Assembly (NCBI RefSeq): GCF_009914755.1
Contig: NC_060926.1
Source of the DNA: the human T2T-CHM13v2.0 reference genome, Homo sapiens
Direction: 5' to 3' (one strand)
Length of the DNA: 64,000 bases
The translations under genes and the position numbers were made by a program. Each line of letters opens with the position of its first letter. Position 1 is the stretch's first letter. Positions 40,361 to 56,055 of the stretch are shown here, piece after piece. The notes below the pieces were generated by a model. The model saw only the letters and a list, made by a program, of their open reading frames with translations, ran no database searches and was not told the origin of the DNA.

Positions 40361-43300
40361 TAAATATCTTCTCCCAGTCTGTGGCTCGCATTTTTATTTT
40401 TTTAGTGATCTTGTAAAGAGCAGGTCTTTAATTTTTATGAAATTAAAATAATATTTCTTTTGTGGTTAGTTCTGTTAGTGACCTTTCTAAAAAATGTTTA
40501 CCTACATCAAGGTCATGAAGACATCTTATGTTTTGTTCTAGAAGCTTTAGAGCTACAGATTTTAGGCTTGATCTATTTTTCTTAAGTTAACTTCTGAGTG
40601 TGGTATGAGGTGGGAGTCTTGTTCCTCCCTCACCCCCTACATGTACATAACATACACATTTATCCAGTTGTTGCAGCATCATTTTTTAAATAGGCTATTG
40701 TTTCCTCATTAAATTGTTTTGGCACATTTGTCAAAAATCAATTGACTACATAAGTGTGTCTAATTCTGGGCTCACTGACTTCTTTGTCTGTCCTTATGCC
40801 AGTATCACACCATCTTAATTAATGTAGCTTTACCCAGAGTACAAGCTACATAATTTATGTAGCTTTATCTTGGAATCAGATAGCATGAGTCTTCCATTGT
40901 TTTTTTTTCAAGAATTTGGCCAGTCTAATCCCTAAGCCTAGAATTAACTTGTAAATTTTAGAATAAGTTCTGTGGAATTTTGATTGAGATTGAGTTGAAT
41001 TATAGATCAAAATGACATCTCATCAGTAATGAGACTTCCAAATAATAAACATGGAATATCTCTTCATTTACTTAAGTAATTAATTTAATTTACTTAAGTT
41101 ATTAAAATAATTAAGAAATTAATTCATTTTAGCAATATGTCTGTGTACAGGTCTTACACATCTTTTGTTAAATTTAGTCTGAATTATTTTATGGTTTTGA
41201 TGGGACTTAATATAGAAATAAAATAGAATCTATTTAGGAAATAAAATTGCATAAAGAAATTTTATTAAAAAATTATTTTTGTATATTGACCTTGTATGCT
41301 GTGATCTTGCTTAATTTGTTAGTTCTAGCAGTTGCTCTGTAGACTTCAAAAGATTTTTCTATATACACAGTCACATCATCTGTGATTAAAATCAATTTCA
41401 TACCTCCTTTTAAATCTGGGTCTCTTATTTTATTTTCTTGTCTTCTCACAGTTAGGGCCTGCAATACAAAGGTAGCTTGTTCCTGAGCACTCAATATTTC
41501 ACCGTTAAGTATCTATAGAATTTCTGTAAATGCCCTTTATAAGTTTAAGAAAATTCTGTTCATAGTTTGCTGGGAATTTTGATCATGAATGGTTTTGGAT
41601 TTTGCTGACTGCATTTTCTGCCTCTATTGGGGTAATCACCTATTGTTCTCTTCTAGCTTTGCAATATGATAAGTTACATTGATTGATTTTTCAATGTTAA
41701 ATTCAGATAAGACAAACTCCACTTGAACATGATAAATTCTCTTTCAACACTGATGGACTTGATTCATTAGTACTTTATTAATGCGTTTCATTTTTATATT
41801 CATGAGGGATATTGGTTTGCAATTTTCTTTTCATGTGATCTGTATGTCAGGTGTGAGTATTAGTGTTATAGTAGCCCACAAGTGTATAGTGTATAGTAGG
41901 AAGTGTTTTCTTCTCTTCATTTTCTGAAACTTTGCGTAAAATTGGCATTATTTTTCATCAACCGATTGATAGACTTCATCAGTGAAATTATCTGAGCCTG
42001 GAGAGTTTTTCCTGGGAAAGATTTTGATTATGAGTTCAAGTTCTTGAAAGGTCACCAGTTATAGCCCTATTATGAGTTTTCTATTTCTTCATATGTCAGT
42101 TATTTCAAGTTGTGTTTTTCAAGAAATTTGACCATTTCATCCAAATTATTGAATTTACTTACATAAAGTTTTCTATAATTTTTTTATTGTCCTTTAAATG
42201 CCTACAGGATCTATAATGACAACATTTCTGATTTTCTTAATTTTGTGTTTTGTAACATTTTATCATGATTAGTCTTGCTAGGGGCTGATCAATCTTATTA
42301 AACTTTTTCAGGAACTAACTTGTGACTTTGCTTATATTCACTATTATATTTATGTTTTCTATTTCACTGACTTCTGCTTTTATCTTTGTGATTTCCTTCC
42401 TTCCATTCACTTTGGCTTTAATTTAGTCTTCATTTTGGCTTCTTAAAGCAAAAGCTTAGATTGTTGATTTTAAGCCTTTCTTCTTTTCTTCTATAGACAT
42501 TTAAGCTAAACATTATCTTCTAAGCACTGTGTTAGCTGCTTCTTCCAATTCAATATGTCATGCTTCTTCCAATTCAGTATGTCACGTTTTCATCATTATT
42601 CAGGTCAAAGTATTTTCTAATTTCTCTTGTGATTTCTTCTTTGATATATGGGCTATGTAGAAGTGTGCTATTTAATTTCTGCATATTTGTGAATTTTCTA
42701 GAGGTCTCATTTTCATATTTCTAATTTAATTTTGTTGTGCTTAGATAACATTACTTAATCTTTTGAAAATTTTTGTACTTTATTTTATAACCCAGCACAT
42801 TATCTAGCTTCATAAACACTTTGTGTATACTTAAAAAGAATGCATATTCTGTCGTTGCCGTCAACTTAAGTCAAATCGGTTGATATTGTTGTTCAAATCC
42901 GCTATGTCCATATTGATTTGTTTACCTAGTTCTATTAGTTTCTGAGAAAAGGATGTTAAAAATCTTCAAATGAAATTGTGCATTTTCTATTTCTTTCTTT
43001 AGTTCTATCATATATTTTGACACTTTATCATCACATACATACATACTTATAAAATGTATCCCTTTATCTCTGGTAATGATCCTTATGTTGAAGTCTACTT
43101 TGTCTGTGATTCTTCTAGCCACATAGCTTCTTTTTGCTTGGCTTTTGTGTGGTATATTTTCTTTCATTCTTTTTCTTTCCACTTATTAGAGTCTTTAGTG
43201 CACTTCTAGTAGGTACCATTAGTTGTGTCTTCCTTTTTTAAATCCAATCCAACAATATCCACCTTTTAATTACTGTTTAGTTTAACTACACTAAATTTAA

Positions 43301-43683
43301 TTTGTTACATAGTAGAATTTAGGTACACCATTTTGCTATTTATTTTCTATTTGTCCCATGTGACTTTTGCCCTTCTGTTTCTCCATTCTTTTCTCCTTTT
43401 GGGTTAATTGAATATTTTTTAATCCTTGAATTTAATTCTCTGTTGGCTTTTTAATTATATATCCTACCATTATTTTTAGTAGTTACTCTAGAAAGTACAA
43501 TATACATCCTTCGCTTAACACAGCCTACATAGATTTACTATTGTGCCACTTTCTCAGAAAAATATAAGAAATTATGACCAATAGAATTCCATGTTCCACC
43601 TTCATTTGTGCTATTGTTGTTATGTTCCTGTGCATCTACACACCATAAAAACCTCACAATGAAGTGCTATGATTTTTGTTTTA

Positions 43684-44070
<387 letters not shown>

Positions 44071-46016
44071 TCATTCTTTCCCATAGATGTGATGCCAGTT
44101 TCATCTGGTATCATTTCCCTTCAGCATGAAGGACTTCTTTTGGTATTTCTTGTAGTGCAAGTCTATTAGCAACAAATTTTCTCAGCTTTCACTTACCTCA
44201 AAATGTTTTTTAAATTTCATTCTAATTTGTAAAAGATATTTGTTGCTGGATATAGAATGTTGAGTTTACAGTTACCTTTTGGGTATGGGAGGTGTCTTTT
44301 AGAAGATGTTGTTCCACACCTTTCTAGCCATTGCTGTTTCTGATGAGAAGGCATCTTCATGTAGTGTGTATTTTCTGCTGGCTGCTTACAAGAATTTCTC
44401 TTTATTTTTGGTTTTGAGCAATTTGACAATTATGTGCCTACATGTGGTTTGGGGATATTTATCCTTAATTTTCAGTGAGACTCTTAGAACTCTAACTTGA
44501 TGTTTTTCATCTAATTTGAGATATTTTCCACCATTATTTCTTCAAACACTTTTCGTGTCTAATTTTCTTTCGTCTTCCCTTTGGGGACTCTAATTATATG
44601 CATGTTAGATTCCTTAATTATGCCTCATGAGTTAATGAAATCCTGTTCATTTTTTAAAACATTCTGTCTTTCTATTGTTTAGAGTGGAAACTTACTTTTT
44701 ATTTGTCTATCACATCCTGCTAAAAGCACGCAATGAATGTTTTATTTTAGATATTGAACTTTCAATTCTAGAATTTCCTTCTTGTTCTTTTTTTAATTTA
44801 CATTTTACTACTGTGTTTCTCCATCTCTTCACTCATGAAAACAATCTCCTCCCTTAAGTTCCTTGAACATCTTTAGGCTAACAGCTTCAAAAATCCTCTA
44901 CTACTAACTCCAGTCTGTATCATCTCAGGTTCATTTTCTATTGACTGTTTTTATTCTTGACTATGATTCACATTTTTCTATTTCTTCATATGTCTAGTAT
45001 TTTTTTAATTTTATACTGAACATTATAGATGATACATTGCAAAGATTCAACATTCTTTGTTCTTGTTCCAAAGGGCAAAGAATTGAATTGCTGGCCAATC
45101 ACCTCAAAATTATTGAGACTTGGTTGTATGCTGTGTTGGGGCAAGTCTATTGTGGGTTTCCCCTTAGTATTAGAGTGAATTCTTAGTCCTGGGGCTCAGT
45201 ATTTACTCCCAAGGCATGGACTTTCTGGGCTTTCAGTGGAAAACTCAAGATATTTACCAAACCTTGCCAATTTTTCAGTACTCGAATTCCAAATTCTGTC
45301 TCTTTTGAGGAGGGCAACAGCTAAAATCTCTGGTCACTTCTTTCAGCCTTCCAGTTGTTGCTTTCTGTTGGACTTTTTGGAGACTCCCACCAGCATGAAC
45401 TGTTGTTCAGTCAAGGCATTGAGGGGCATTATGTGCAGAATTTAGGATTCATCCATTTATGGCTCCTTCCCTCCCAGGTTTCTTCCTTCAGTTCTAGCTA
45501 CTCAGGCAGCTTTGATACATCAAATTAACATGTAGCTAAGACTGTAGCTTCCTGCCTTTCCCAGCCCATGGACTGGAAATGCCCTTGGGAAAATCTTTAT
45601 AAATATAGACCTCACCAAGCATAGTTCCCTTCTTTAAAAATTCAAATCTTTTCCAATTTCTTCCTGTTATTCGTTGCTTGCTAGTGCCTTCAAATAATTA
45701 TTTTATTTACAATTTTATTCAGAATATATAGTTGTTAGCTGCAGGATAGTCCAATATAAGCTATTCCACTATACACCAGATTGCTGACTTTTTACAGCAT
45801 GCCATCATCTTAGCATACATGGAAGAAATCCTTGTAAAACAAAATATCATGTAAATTACCAAAAAAGTTTACATATACATTTCAAAAACAATTACTATCC
45901 CAAGATTTAGGTATGTATCTTATCACTTGAAAATTGGTTTGCGTTTCCTTATAAAATTATCTGAACATGCCATCAAAAATAGATAGACAGCTATAAAAAT
46001 GATACATCAAGACATT

Positions 46017-46512
46017 TGTATTAGGATTCTATTACTGCATGACGAATTACCACAAATTTAGTGACTTAATACAACACTCATTTCTTGCCTCACAGTTTCT
46101 ACAGATCAGAAGTCTAGTCATGCTGTAATGGGGTCCTCTGCTCCGGGTCTGACATGGCTTCCATCAGAGTGTCAGACAGTCTGCAGTTCTCATCAGGAGC
46201 TTGGGGTCCACTTCTAAGATGATTCAGATCATTGGGAGAATTTAGTTCCTTGTGGTATAGAACAGATGGCAGCTTTCTTCTTCTTCAAGGCCAGCAGGAG
46301 AATGTCTCTCTGATGCTTCACCTTCTTTTAAAAGGATGCCCTGATTAAGTCAGGCTCACCCCAGAGGCCTGACCCTTTTGATTAGCTCAAAGTCAACTGA
46401 TTAGAGACTTAATCACAGATCCTGCCTACCCTCAAGGGGGAAGGATTATATACGATATATACACCCATGGGCAGGAATCTTGGCAACAGTCTTAGAATTT
46501 TGCTCCACCACA
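46017..46512 (-). mobile_element. MLT1E-like MaLR solo LTR
   Basis: 'tgtattagg...aattaccacaaatttagtgactta...ggcaggaatcttgg...cttagaatttgctccacca'. Confidence 0.75.
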
Positions 46513-46967
46513 ATGTTCATTGCAGCACTGCTTGTAGTAGCAAAAATTAGAAACAACCAAAATATCACTCACTGGGAGCTAGATAAATCAATTATAAGTT
46601 ATAATAAGTACTGTAGTAAGTTTAGTACTAAACTTACTAAGACAAAAAGGGTGCTTAAGATATTTGAAGTGAAAATTGCTCTCGGATTATTATGGTTAGT
46701 ATAATTCTATTTGTGTAAAAACATACATATATACATGAGATGTGATACATCTTATGCTGTTATTCAACACATAGAGGGCAGAATGATATCTTTCTGCATT
46801 TCTCCATGACTGAGCCCAGTTTGGTTCACAAACCCTCACGTCTGCTAATGTCAGAAGGCAAACTTGCCTATTTTAAATGTGAGAAATTCAAGATTTACAT
46901 TCAAGCCAAGTCCTGATTTTCCCCTCTTCTTTCCCCCTTCCTTCTCCTGAGGGTAGACCACATTTCT

Positions 46968-47314
<347 letters not shown>

Positions 47315-47814
47315 TCAGAGGGTGACAGTGCTGTGCTCTGCCCTAGCACCTTCACTGCTATAGCTCATCACTCCTGGCCTGGGTGCTATCCCACACTGGT
47401 ATCCATTACCCCCATGGTCCTGGGTCCATAGCAAAAGTACCCCTCAACTCTCCCATTGCCCCCAGTAGAGGAAAGAGGCTGCCCTAGGAAACTTCTGCCC
47501 AGGTAGAACCTTAGCAGTTGCCATATTAGATATGAGATTTCACTCTGACACTTGCAGCCTTCAAGGACACACCCTGGGGAAACCAGATAATCCTTCAGAC
47601 TTCCCTGAAGTTTTCATTGCATTGCATCCTCCCAGTGTTGGTGCCTCAGGACGGGCAAGGATAGGTGCTCTCACTGTGTACGACCTGAGCACATCACCTC
47701 AATCCTATGACTCATGGCAACTCTCATTTTCTTTGCAGAGAGAAAATCACTATTGCCCCATCCACATTCTTCTCTGTTCCATGTATTTGGCCATAAGCCT
47801 CATGGTTTCAGCTA

Positions 47815-48690
<876 letters not shown>

Positions 48691-50149
48691 ATATCCTTTA
48701 GCTGTTTCTATCCATAGGCTTATCTCTCAGAACAAAGCCTGACTCAGGCAAAATGTATCTGTTTTTACTGCAAAATCTTCTTATCAGCATCAGTCACAAC
48801 CCACTCTAAGACACAGAACCAACCCTGGATATTTCAAACCCAGGGAATTGATCATGGGGGTGTTGGAGGACCAAAAGGGAACCAGAGGATGCTACCAACA
48901 ACCTCAGAAGCAGCTCCTGCTCTAGGACTGATGTAACATGGGAGAAGAATGATGTTACCAGGAGCAAGAATGAGGGCTCCGGTTGGGGAAGCTCCAGGCA
49001 GCTGGTGCGCAGGGCTCTCTGGAAGGCACATGACCCAGAAAGTGTGAGAAGACAGCAAAGCTTGTCTTGGTAGCTCAGAGGGGTCCCAGTAAGGTTGGGG
49101 CTGGCAGTGCTGAGAGAAGCCCAAGGCTGGGGCCATTGTCTGCTGCTCCTGGGCAAAGCTGGCATCAGAAATAGAGTGGAAATTCCTTCTCTCTCCTCCC
49201 ACCTGCTTACCTCCCATTGACAGAAACCAACTGGAAGACCTCTGAAAGGAGGGTCTGGGGAACATATAGGCTGCTGTGTTCCAGGGCAGAGGATAGGCTT
49301 GGAGCTCAGGGGTGCTTGGTAAAGGAGCCAGTGCCGTAGCTGAGAGGCAGCTTATCCTGGAGCTGCTGTGACCATCTCCATGAGGATATGTGGAAAGAGA
49401 GAGGATAAGCATCCTCCATGTCACAAGAAATGATCCTGCCACTGTAACTTGTAGGAGCTGGCTACACACACATAGATTTCCATATACATAGGATCTGATG
49501 AGAAGGATTTGCATATCATGCTAAGAGTGCTTCCCTATGGATAGCAGAGAAGAAAGGCCAGGGGAAGTAACGCAGTTAACATCATTGTGCCGTGCTTGGT
49601 TTTTTCACAATAAATATATTAACATTACAACTTTTAAAAACCTCAACAATGTCCCTAGCAATGCACATCGAGGCTCTCTCTGACTCATGCTGGCAGCTCA
49701 CGGTCACAGGGTGCCATGGAAGGTGTGTGGCAGCAGCCCCGGGTGCTGTAGTTTGGAGCCAGCATCAGCCAATAGTCCCTGGCTCTCGGCCCAGCTATGC
49801 ATGCACCTCCATGCTGAGAAGAAGTGAGACCTCGGTGCCTCCATGCTGAGAAGGAGTGAGACCTTGGGGGATGTTCTGTTCTACATGACGTGCCCATGTG
49901 TAGAACCTTCCAGAACATCTGCAGGAGCTGTGCATCCGCTGATGTTCAGAGAGTTTGTTTAAAGAAAAAGATATGTGCTTGAAAGGAAATGTTGTGGGGA
50001 ATATGATTTTTCTGATTTCTATTTTCCTTATTTGCCAGCTTTTCCTATTCCTGCCACCTCTCTCTGTCCATCAGAGCCTCCCAGGGTAATCTCTTATTTT
50101 ATGTCCCTGAATGAACTCACAGTCCATAGAATATACCACTGGAACGTGC

Positions 50150-50325
50150 TTCTCAGACTTTCCTGTGCCGTGAGCACCCTCTCCACTCCCCACCAGGAGC
50201 TTGTTTATAAATGAAGATTCCCGGGCCTCCCCTATGGAGATCTCATAAAGGACGAGTAAGTGGGGCTCAGAAATCTGCCTTGTAGACTCTCTAGGTAATT
50301 GTAAGTCCACATTTGAAAAAACAGC
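50150..50325. mobile_element. MER5-like fragment
   Basis: 'gtgcttctcagactt...aggagcttgtt..aaatgaagattcccgggcc...ggggctcagaaatctgc'. Confidence 0.5.
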
Positions 50326-51026
50326 TTCAGAGAGGAAAAAAGTCTAATTCAGGAGTCATCACACCCTGTTCTGACACACGGCCAACACGATTATAGCAGG
50401 GATGCCAACTGTGTTGGCTTTATTTCTGTGGGCTATTTGTTATTTTAAAAATAAAGAGTACTTAATGTATTTTGGCCCTAAACTTGTGGCTTGGTGAACA
50501 GATTTGAGCTAAGTGAAGAAATTGCCGAGCTGGCTGATGGAGGCTTGTGTTCCCTGGGTCCCATCCGCCTTCCCAGGCTGTGCTTCATCAGCTCCGTGAG
50601 TCATGTGGGGCAGCGGTTCAAGAAGTGGTGGCTGTGACGAGAGACTTCATGCAAGAAGGCCTTTCCAAAGTGTCATCCAGCAAAGGTGAGTGTGCTCCCC
50701 TGCCGTCTGCATTTCACATGTTGCTTTCCCCCTTGCTGACACTCATAAGAGTTTGTCTTTTAAATCACAGCTTTTTATCTTGCAGTTAATTTTCTCCTTT
50801 CATCCTATGCTGAAGTTGTATCCCTGGAGTGGCATCACTGAATTATGGCTGCTTTCATCCCAGCTATCCATGGCGGTGGATGCACTGCACTGTAATTTTC
50901 CTTGAAGGCTATGTGGAGGTCCAATGAACCCATCCCCACGGGCACATGGGGGAGTATTGTTCTGCACTGTTTGAGCGCCCACAGCATATGAGGCAGCAAG
51001 GAGGCCCTGGAGAACCACATTCACTC

Positions 51027-51319
51027 TTTTTTTTTTTTGAGATGGAGTCTTGCTGTGTCGCTCAGGCTGGAGTGCAGTGGTGCAATCTTGGCTCACTGCA
51101 AGCTCCGCCTCCCAGATTCACGCCATTCTCCTGCCTCAGCCTCCTGAGTAGCTGGGACTACAGGAGCCCGCCACCAAGCCCGGCTAATTTTTTGTATTTT
51201 TAGTAAAGACGGGGTTTCACCGTGTTAGCCAGGATGGTCTCGATCTCCTGACCTCGTGATCCGCACGCCTCGGCCTCCCAAAGTGCTGGGATTACAGGCG
51301 TGAGCCACCGCACCCGGCC
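51027..51319 (-). mobile_element. AluY element
   Basis: AluY diagnostics; TSD CA(CA/TG)TTCACTCTT. Confidence 0.95.
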
Positions 51320-51914
51320 CATGTTCACTCTTGAAGAAGACTCCAGTCAGAGTAACCCTGGTGAAGAGAAGCCAGGGTTTCAGGAAAGAAGGAACGTGTT
51401 GCTTAAGACTCATCTTGTCTGGTTTTGGTTTCCAGCCTGATCAAGCGCTGCGGGGGAAGCCCTAAGCGGAGCCTTTCATGGTAACTTGTTCATGGAAGAG
51501 ACTCTGCAGGATTGGTCAGGGAATATTCCAAAGCACCAGCTACACACCCAGCTCAGTGGGAAACCTTCACATGAGTGACCCAGGAGTCTTAGGCATAGTC
51601 TTTCTCTTACAGATATAGACTGTGTATAAAACCAACCTGCCCATACATGAACGTAGTAATATGAAGCATCACATCACAATACGGTTTAAAGTGCCAGGGG
51701 AAAGCAGAATGGAAAAAGTCCCTATGAGCTACAAAGGGAATGCTTTGTGGAAATGGAGGGAATTCAAGACAGCAAAGAGTAGATGTGACCAATAGAAGGA
51801 AGAAGCATAAGACAGGGGTTTGGTAATAAAGATGGTGATTTCAGCTTGAGCCACAGTAGTCTAACATGCTGGGCAAATGCCCCACCGCCGACGTAAAATT
51901 GCTTCCTCCCATTG

Positions 51915-52670
51915 AGACCACTGAGTTACACATATAAAAACTCCACAAATGGCAGCTTGAACAGGTAAGGGGTTTCTTTTTTCACAAAGCAAAGACTTCA
52001 GAAATCAGAAGTCCAGGGCTCTGTTGGAGACTGTCTCCTTGCTTGCTTCAGCAGCCTGTTCTCATAGTCACAGGATGGCTGCTGGACCTCTGACATCACC
52101 CCCGCAGAGCTGGTGGAATGAGAGGGACATCAAAGACAAAAGGCACGTGGTAGCCAAGTCTGTCCATGCTTTTTTTTTTTTTTTTTTTGAGATGGAGTCT
52201 CGCTCTGTCACCTAGGCTAGAGTACAGTGGCAGGATCTCAGCTCACTGCAACCTCTGCCTCCCAGGTTCAAGCGATTATCTTGCCTAAGCCTCCTGAGTA
52301 GCTGGGATTATAGGTGTGCACCACCACACCTGGCTAATTTTTGTATTTTTAGTAGAGACGGGGTTTCACCATGTTGGCCAGGCTGGTCTCAAACTCCTGA
52401 CCTCATGATCCACCCACCTTGGCCTCTCAAAGTGCTGGGATTACAGGCGTAAGCCACTGCGCCCGGCAAGTCTGTCCATTCTTAATGGTAAGAAAACATG
52501 GCTTTCCCTGAAGCCCCACCCTGTGGTTTCCTACATCATCAGATCTACGTGGCCCTGATTGCTGGCTGCAGTGAAGCTGGGGAAGGGAGTGTTCTCACTG
52601 GGCTGCTCTGAACAAACACAGAGCTCTGTTAGCAAAGAAGGAGAAATCGGCATTGGATGCCCAACTGGTA
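51915..52670 (-). mobile_element. Old MLT1(J/K)-like LTR split by an Alu
   Basis: 'ggcagcttgaacaggtaagggg', 'cacaggatggctgctggacctc', 'gctggctgcagtgaagctgggga'. Confidence 0.5.
52169..52467 (-). mobile_element. AluSg-like element
   Basis: TSD AAGTCTGTCCAT. Confidence 0.95.
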
Positions 52671-52842
52671 GCGTCAGACACAGCCGCCATCCACTTTCCG
52701 CTTCACTTTCACCAAGCGAGTACTTTGTCTCCAGCACTGGGCGAGAGACTGGCTGAGAATGGAAAGATAAGAACAACAGCCACTGTGTGTTGAGCACCTT
52801 CATGTATTCAGCCCTGTACTCAACCCTTTGCTCACCTTAAAG

Positions 52843-53386
<544 letters not shown>

Positions 53387-54148
53387 TTAAAGCATGCATT
53401 GTCTACCTTTATCTACCTAGAAGATTTTGTCCTTACAATGCTAAAAAAAAAATTGGAGCCCAGGTCAATCCTTCTCCCAAACTGTATTCTCAATATAAAA
53501 CACTGTCTCCAAGGCAAATTCCTTGTTCTCAAGATGCTGACCAGGGAGTTACTGCAATTTGCAATAAATACTAATATATGTTCAAGAACTAGTTGGTGAC
53601 AGAGAGGACCAGTCTGTTGCCCAAGACATTGTAGGAAGAATCCTAGGGGACATTTAGTCTTAAAGGATCAACAAAGGGGACCTATGGGGGCTGGGCAAGG
53701 AAGACATCTAATTTGCTAAGGATGTGATAGTGGGTGCGCGGGTGGGAAGGCACAAGAAACGTTTCTCATCCGGCAGCTGCAAATACTCCATTGTGACTAG
53801 TCTGAAAAAGAAATGTGGGAAGATAGCAGGAAATAACTTCTGGAGGCCAGGTCATCACCCAGCTGGCTCTTTTCAGGCGAGAAATAATGAGCTGAGAGCC
53901 AAAGCGAGGCAAGTGAGGAAAGAGGGCGGGGGAGGGGAGACATTAGGAATAACAAATAATTTGAACCTATTTTATAGATTTCTAACACAGGTGGCTGGGA
54001 GAAAAACATCTATAAGTAATCAGAGTGGAACTAAATTTTGTATTAGAGAGAAGATCATGAAATCCATGTTTTATCACGGAGCTGGGCTGACCAGTGCAAA
54101 CAGGGTGGCCCCTTGGGTGTGTAGGGCCCTGGAAAATTCTACATGTCT

Positions 54149-54157
54149 CTGTGTGTA

Positions 54158-54190
<33 letters not shown>
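54149..54190. repeat. Imperfect (TG)n microsatellite
   Basis: Directly visible. Confidence 0.9.
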
Positions 54191-55650
54191 ATGGTCTGTT
54201 CCTTCATGTTCTTGATTGTCCAACGTGCCACTCCTGCCTGATTTTGTACCTCCCATAGTGGCCTGCCCTGCAAGGCCCCTTTGCATTGGACAACATGCAC
54301 TTCCTGTTCTTGCAGCTGTCCTACATCATTTACTCAATGCCAGCTCCGGTGACCCAGGATGCTGCGCCATCCACCCTCCCTGCGCCCATGAACGCTGGCT
54401 CCCATGAGCTCTCACGGTTTTGCTGTGCTTTGTTGATGACGGCCACGAGTGAAGGGGTTTCCCAGGCTTGCAGGAAACTGTGAATGATTGTTCATTTTCC
54501 AGTCATGTCACATTTGCCACTTGGTATTTTATAGCATAAATGGGAGACCATATATCTTCCAACCATGTCTTCTCTTGAACTCTCTGGTCCATCATCACTG
54601 TGTCCCCAGAACAAATGTCATTCAGTAGTGACCCCACCCCTGCCTCCCACGCAAGCCACCAGTAGAGAGGGAAGGCTACTCTTGGATCACCCAGCTGCCA
54701 CTTTCACTACAGAAGCCTTTGAAGCCAAACAATCCTCATCCCCACCACATGAGAAGAGAGGTGTTTAAAAATCATTTACTCTAGGATAGGAATAGATGGT
54801 AATAGTCTGTTAAGTCCCAGGATGTTTTTTCCTTGCTCCTCTGAGGCATTCTTAAAGATAAATTCCATTTAACATTGGCTTACTCTTGAATATTCAACCA
54901 ATCATGTTCTAAATGCCAGGGAAAGGAGTGTAAATAAGACATGCTCCTTATCACCAACGTCAGGATATTTAAAACCCCATATAACTGTTTATACTCGGGT
55001 CACTTTCTCCTGTCAGAGGCTGTTGGAACACGGAATCAACTCCGAGTGCTGCCAGAGAGGACTCCTGGGGGGCACTGTGGGGCCACTGCCACCTCTGATG
55101 GTCTGCCATGTGTAGTTTTATTATGGGCACCTGCCCTATATGGGAATATCCATATAAGCTGATCCCACCAGTCAGCGCGAGGCACTGGGCTCTGGTGGTG
55201 AAACCTCCACTCCTCCAGCTGCTGACGTGGAGCCTCTGCTGGGGTGAATAAATGCTTTGTCTGTGTGCACAGATGCCTACTTTTGTCTTTTCTTTTCTTC
55301 TTTGTGAGAACTCTGTCTTTTAGGGATTGTACTTAAAAGCTCTCTTCGGGATCATCTTCCACCCTGTCTCTAATAACTGAAGGAGAAACATGCAATGAGA
55401 TTTTCAAGACAGTTGCTGCCTTTGTTTCTTGTAAACCAAAATACAGCACTGCCGATTTTTCAGCCAATGGGAAAATGCTTGTATCTTGATAGAAATAGTC
55501 TTTGGTTTCATATGAAGGGTACTGGAGTGAAAACCAGGCAACATATTCTCTAGATGCTGTTTCCAGGATTTTGGTCACTAGATCAGGAGAGGTCCTTGAA
55601 GTCCTGCAAACAAAATCCAAGAACTTCATACTTCAAAAATTGGGAAACCA

Positions 55651-55752
55651 AGTCCCAGCTACTCAGGAGGACCACTTGAGCCCAGGAGTTTGAAGTTTGA
55701 GACCAGCCTGGACAACATTGAGAGACCGTGCCTCTCAAAAAATAATAATAAC
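55651..55752 (+). mobile_element. FLAM/Alu monomer fragment
   Basis: 'agtcccagctactcagg...cacttgagcccaggagtttga...gaccagcctggacaaca' plus A-rich tail. Confidence 0.75.
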
Positions 55753-55944
55753 AAAAGAAATTGGAAAACAAAGCTTGAGCTTCTCAATTCTATCCTAACA
55801 CCTGAACCATTTCCTGAACAAAAGTGTTTCTCTCTAGCTGTTAGCCCAGCACATGGCTGCCACAGATGGAGGATCCCTCAGCACCTTTGCCTCATAGCTT
55901 TGCAACCATACACTCTCAGGTCCAAGGCCACTTCTGCTGTACAC

Positions 55945-56007
55945 CTTCTCCCTCCCTCCCTCTCTCTCCCTCTCTTTCTTTCTTTCTTCCTCTTTCTTTC
56001 TTTCTTT

Positions 56008-56055
<48 letters not shown>

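Noticed and set aside
48852-49514. 220-aa - strand ORF
   Set aside because: S/L/P-rich with no recognisable domain; overlaps probable ancient LTR sequence
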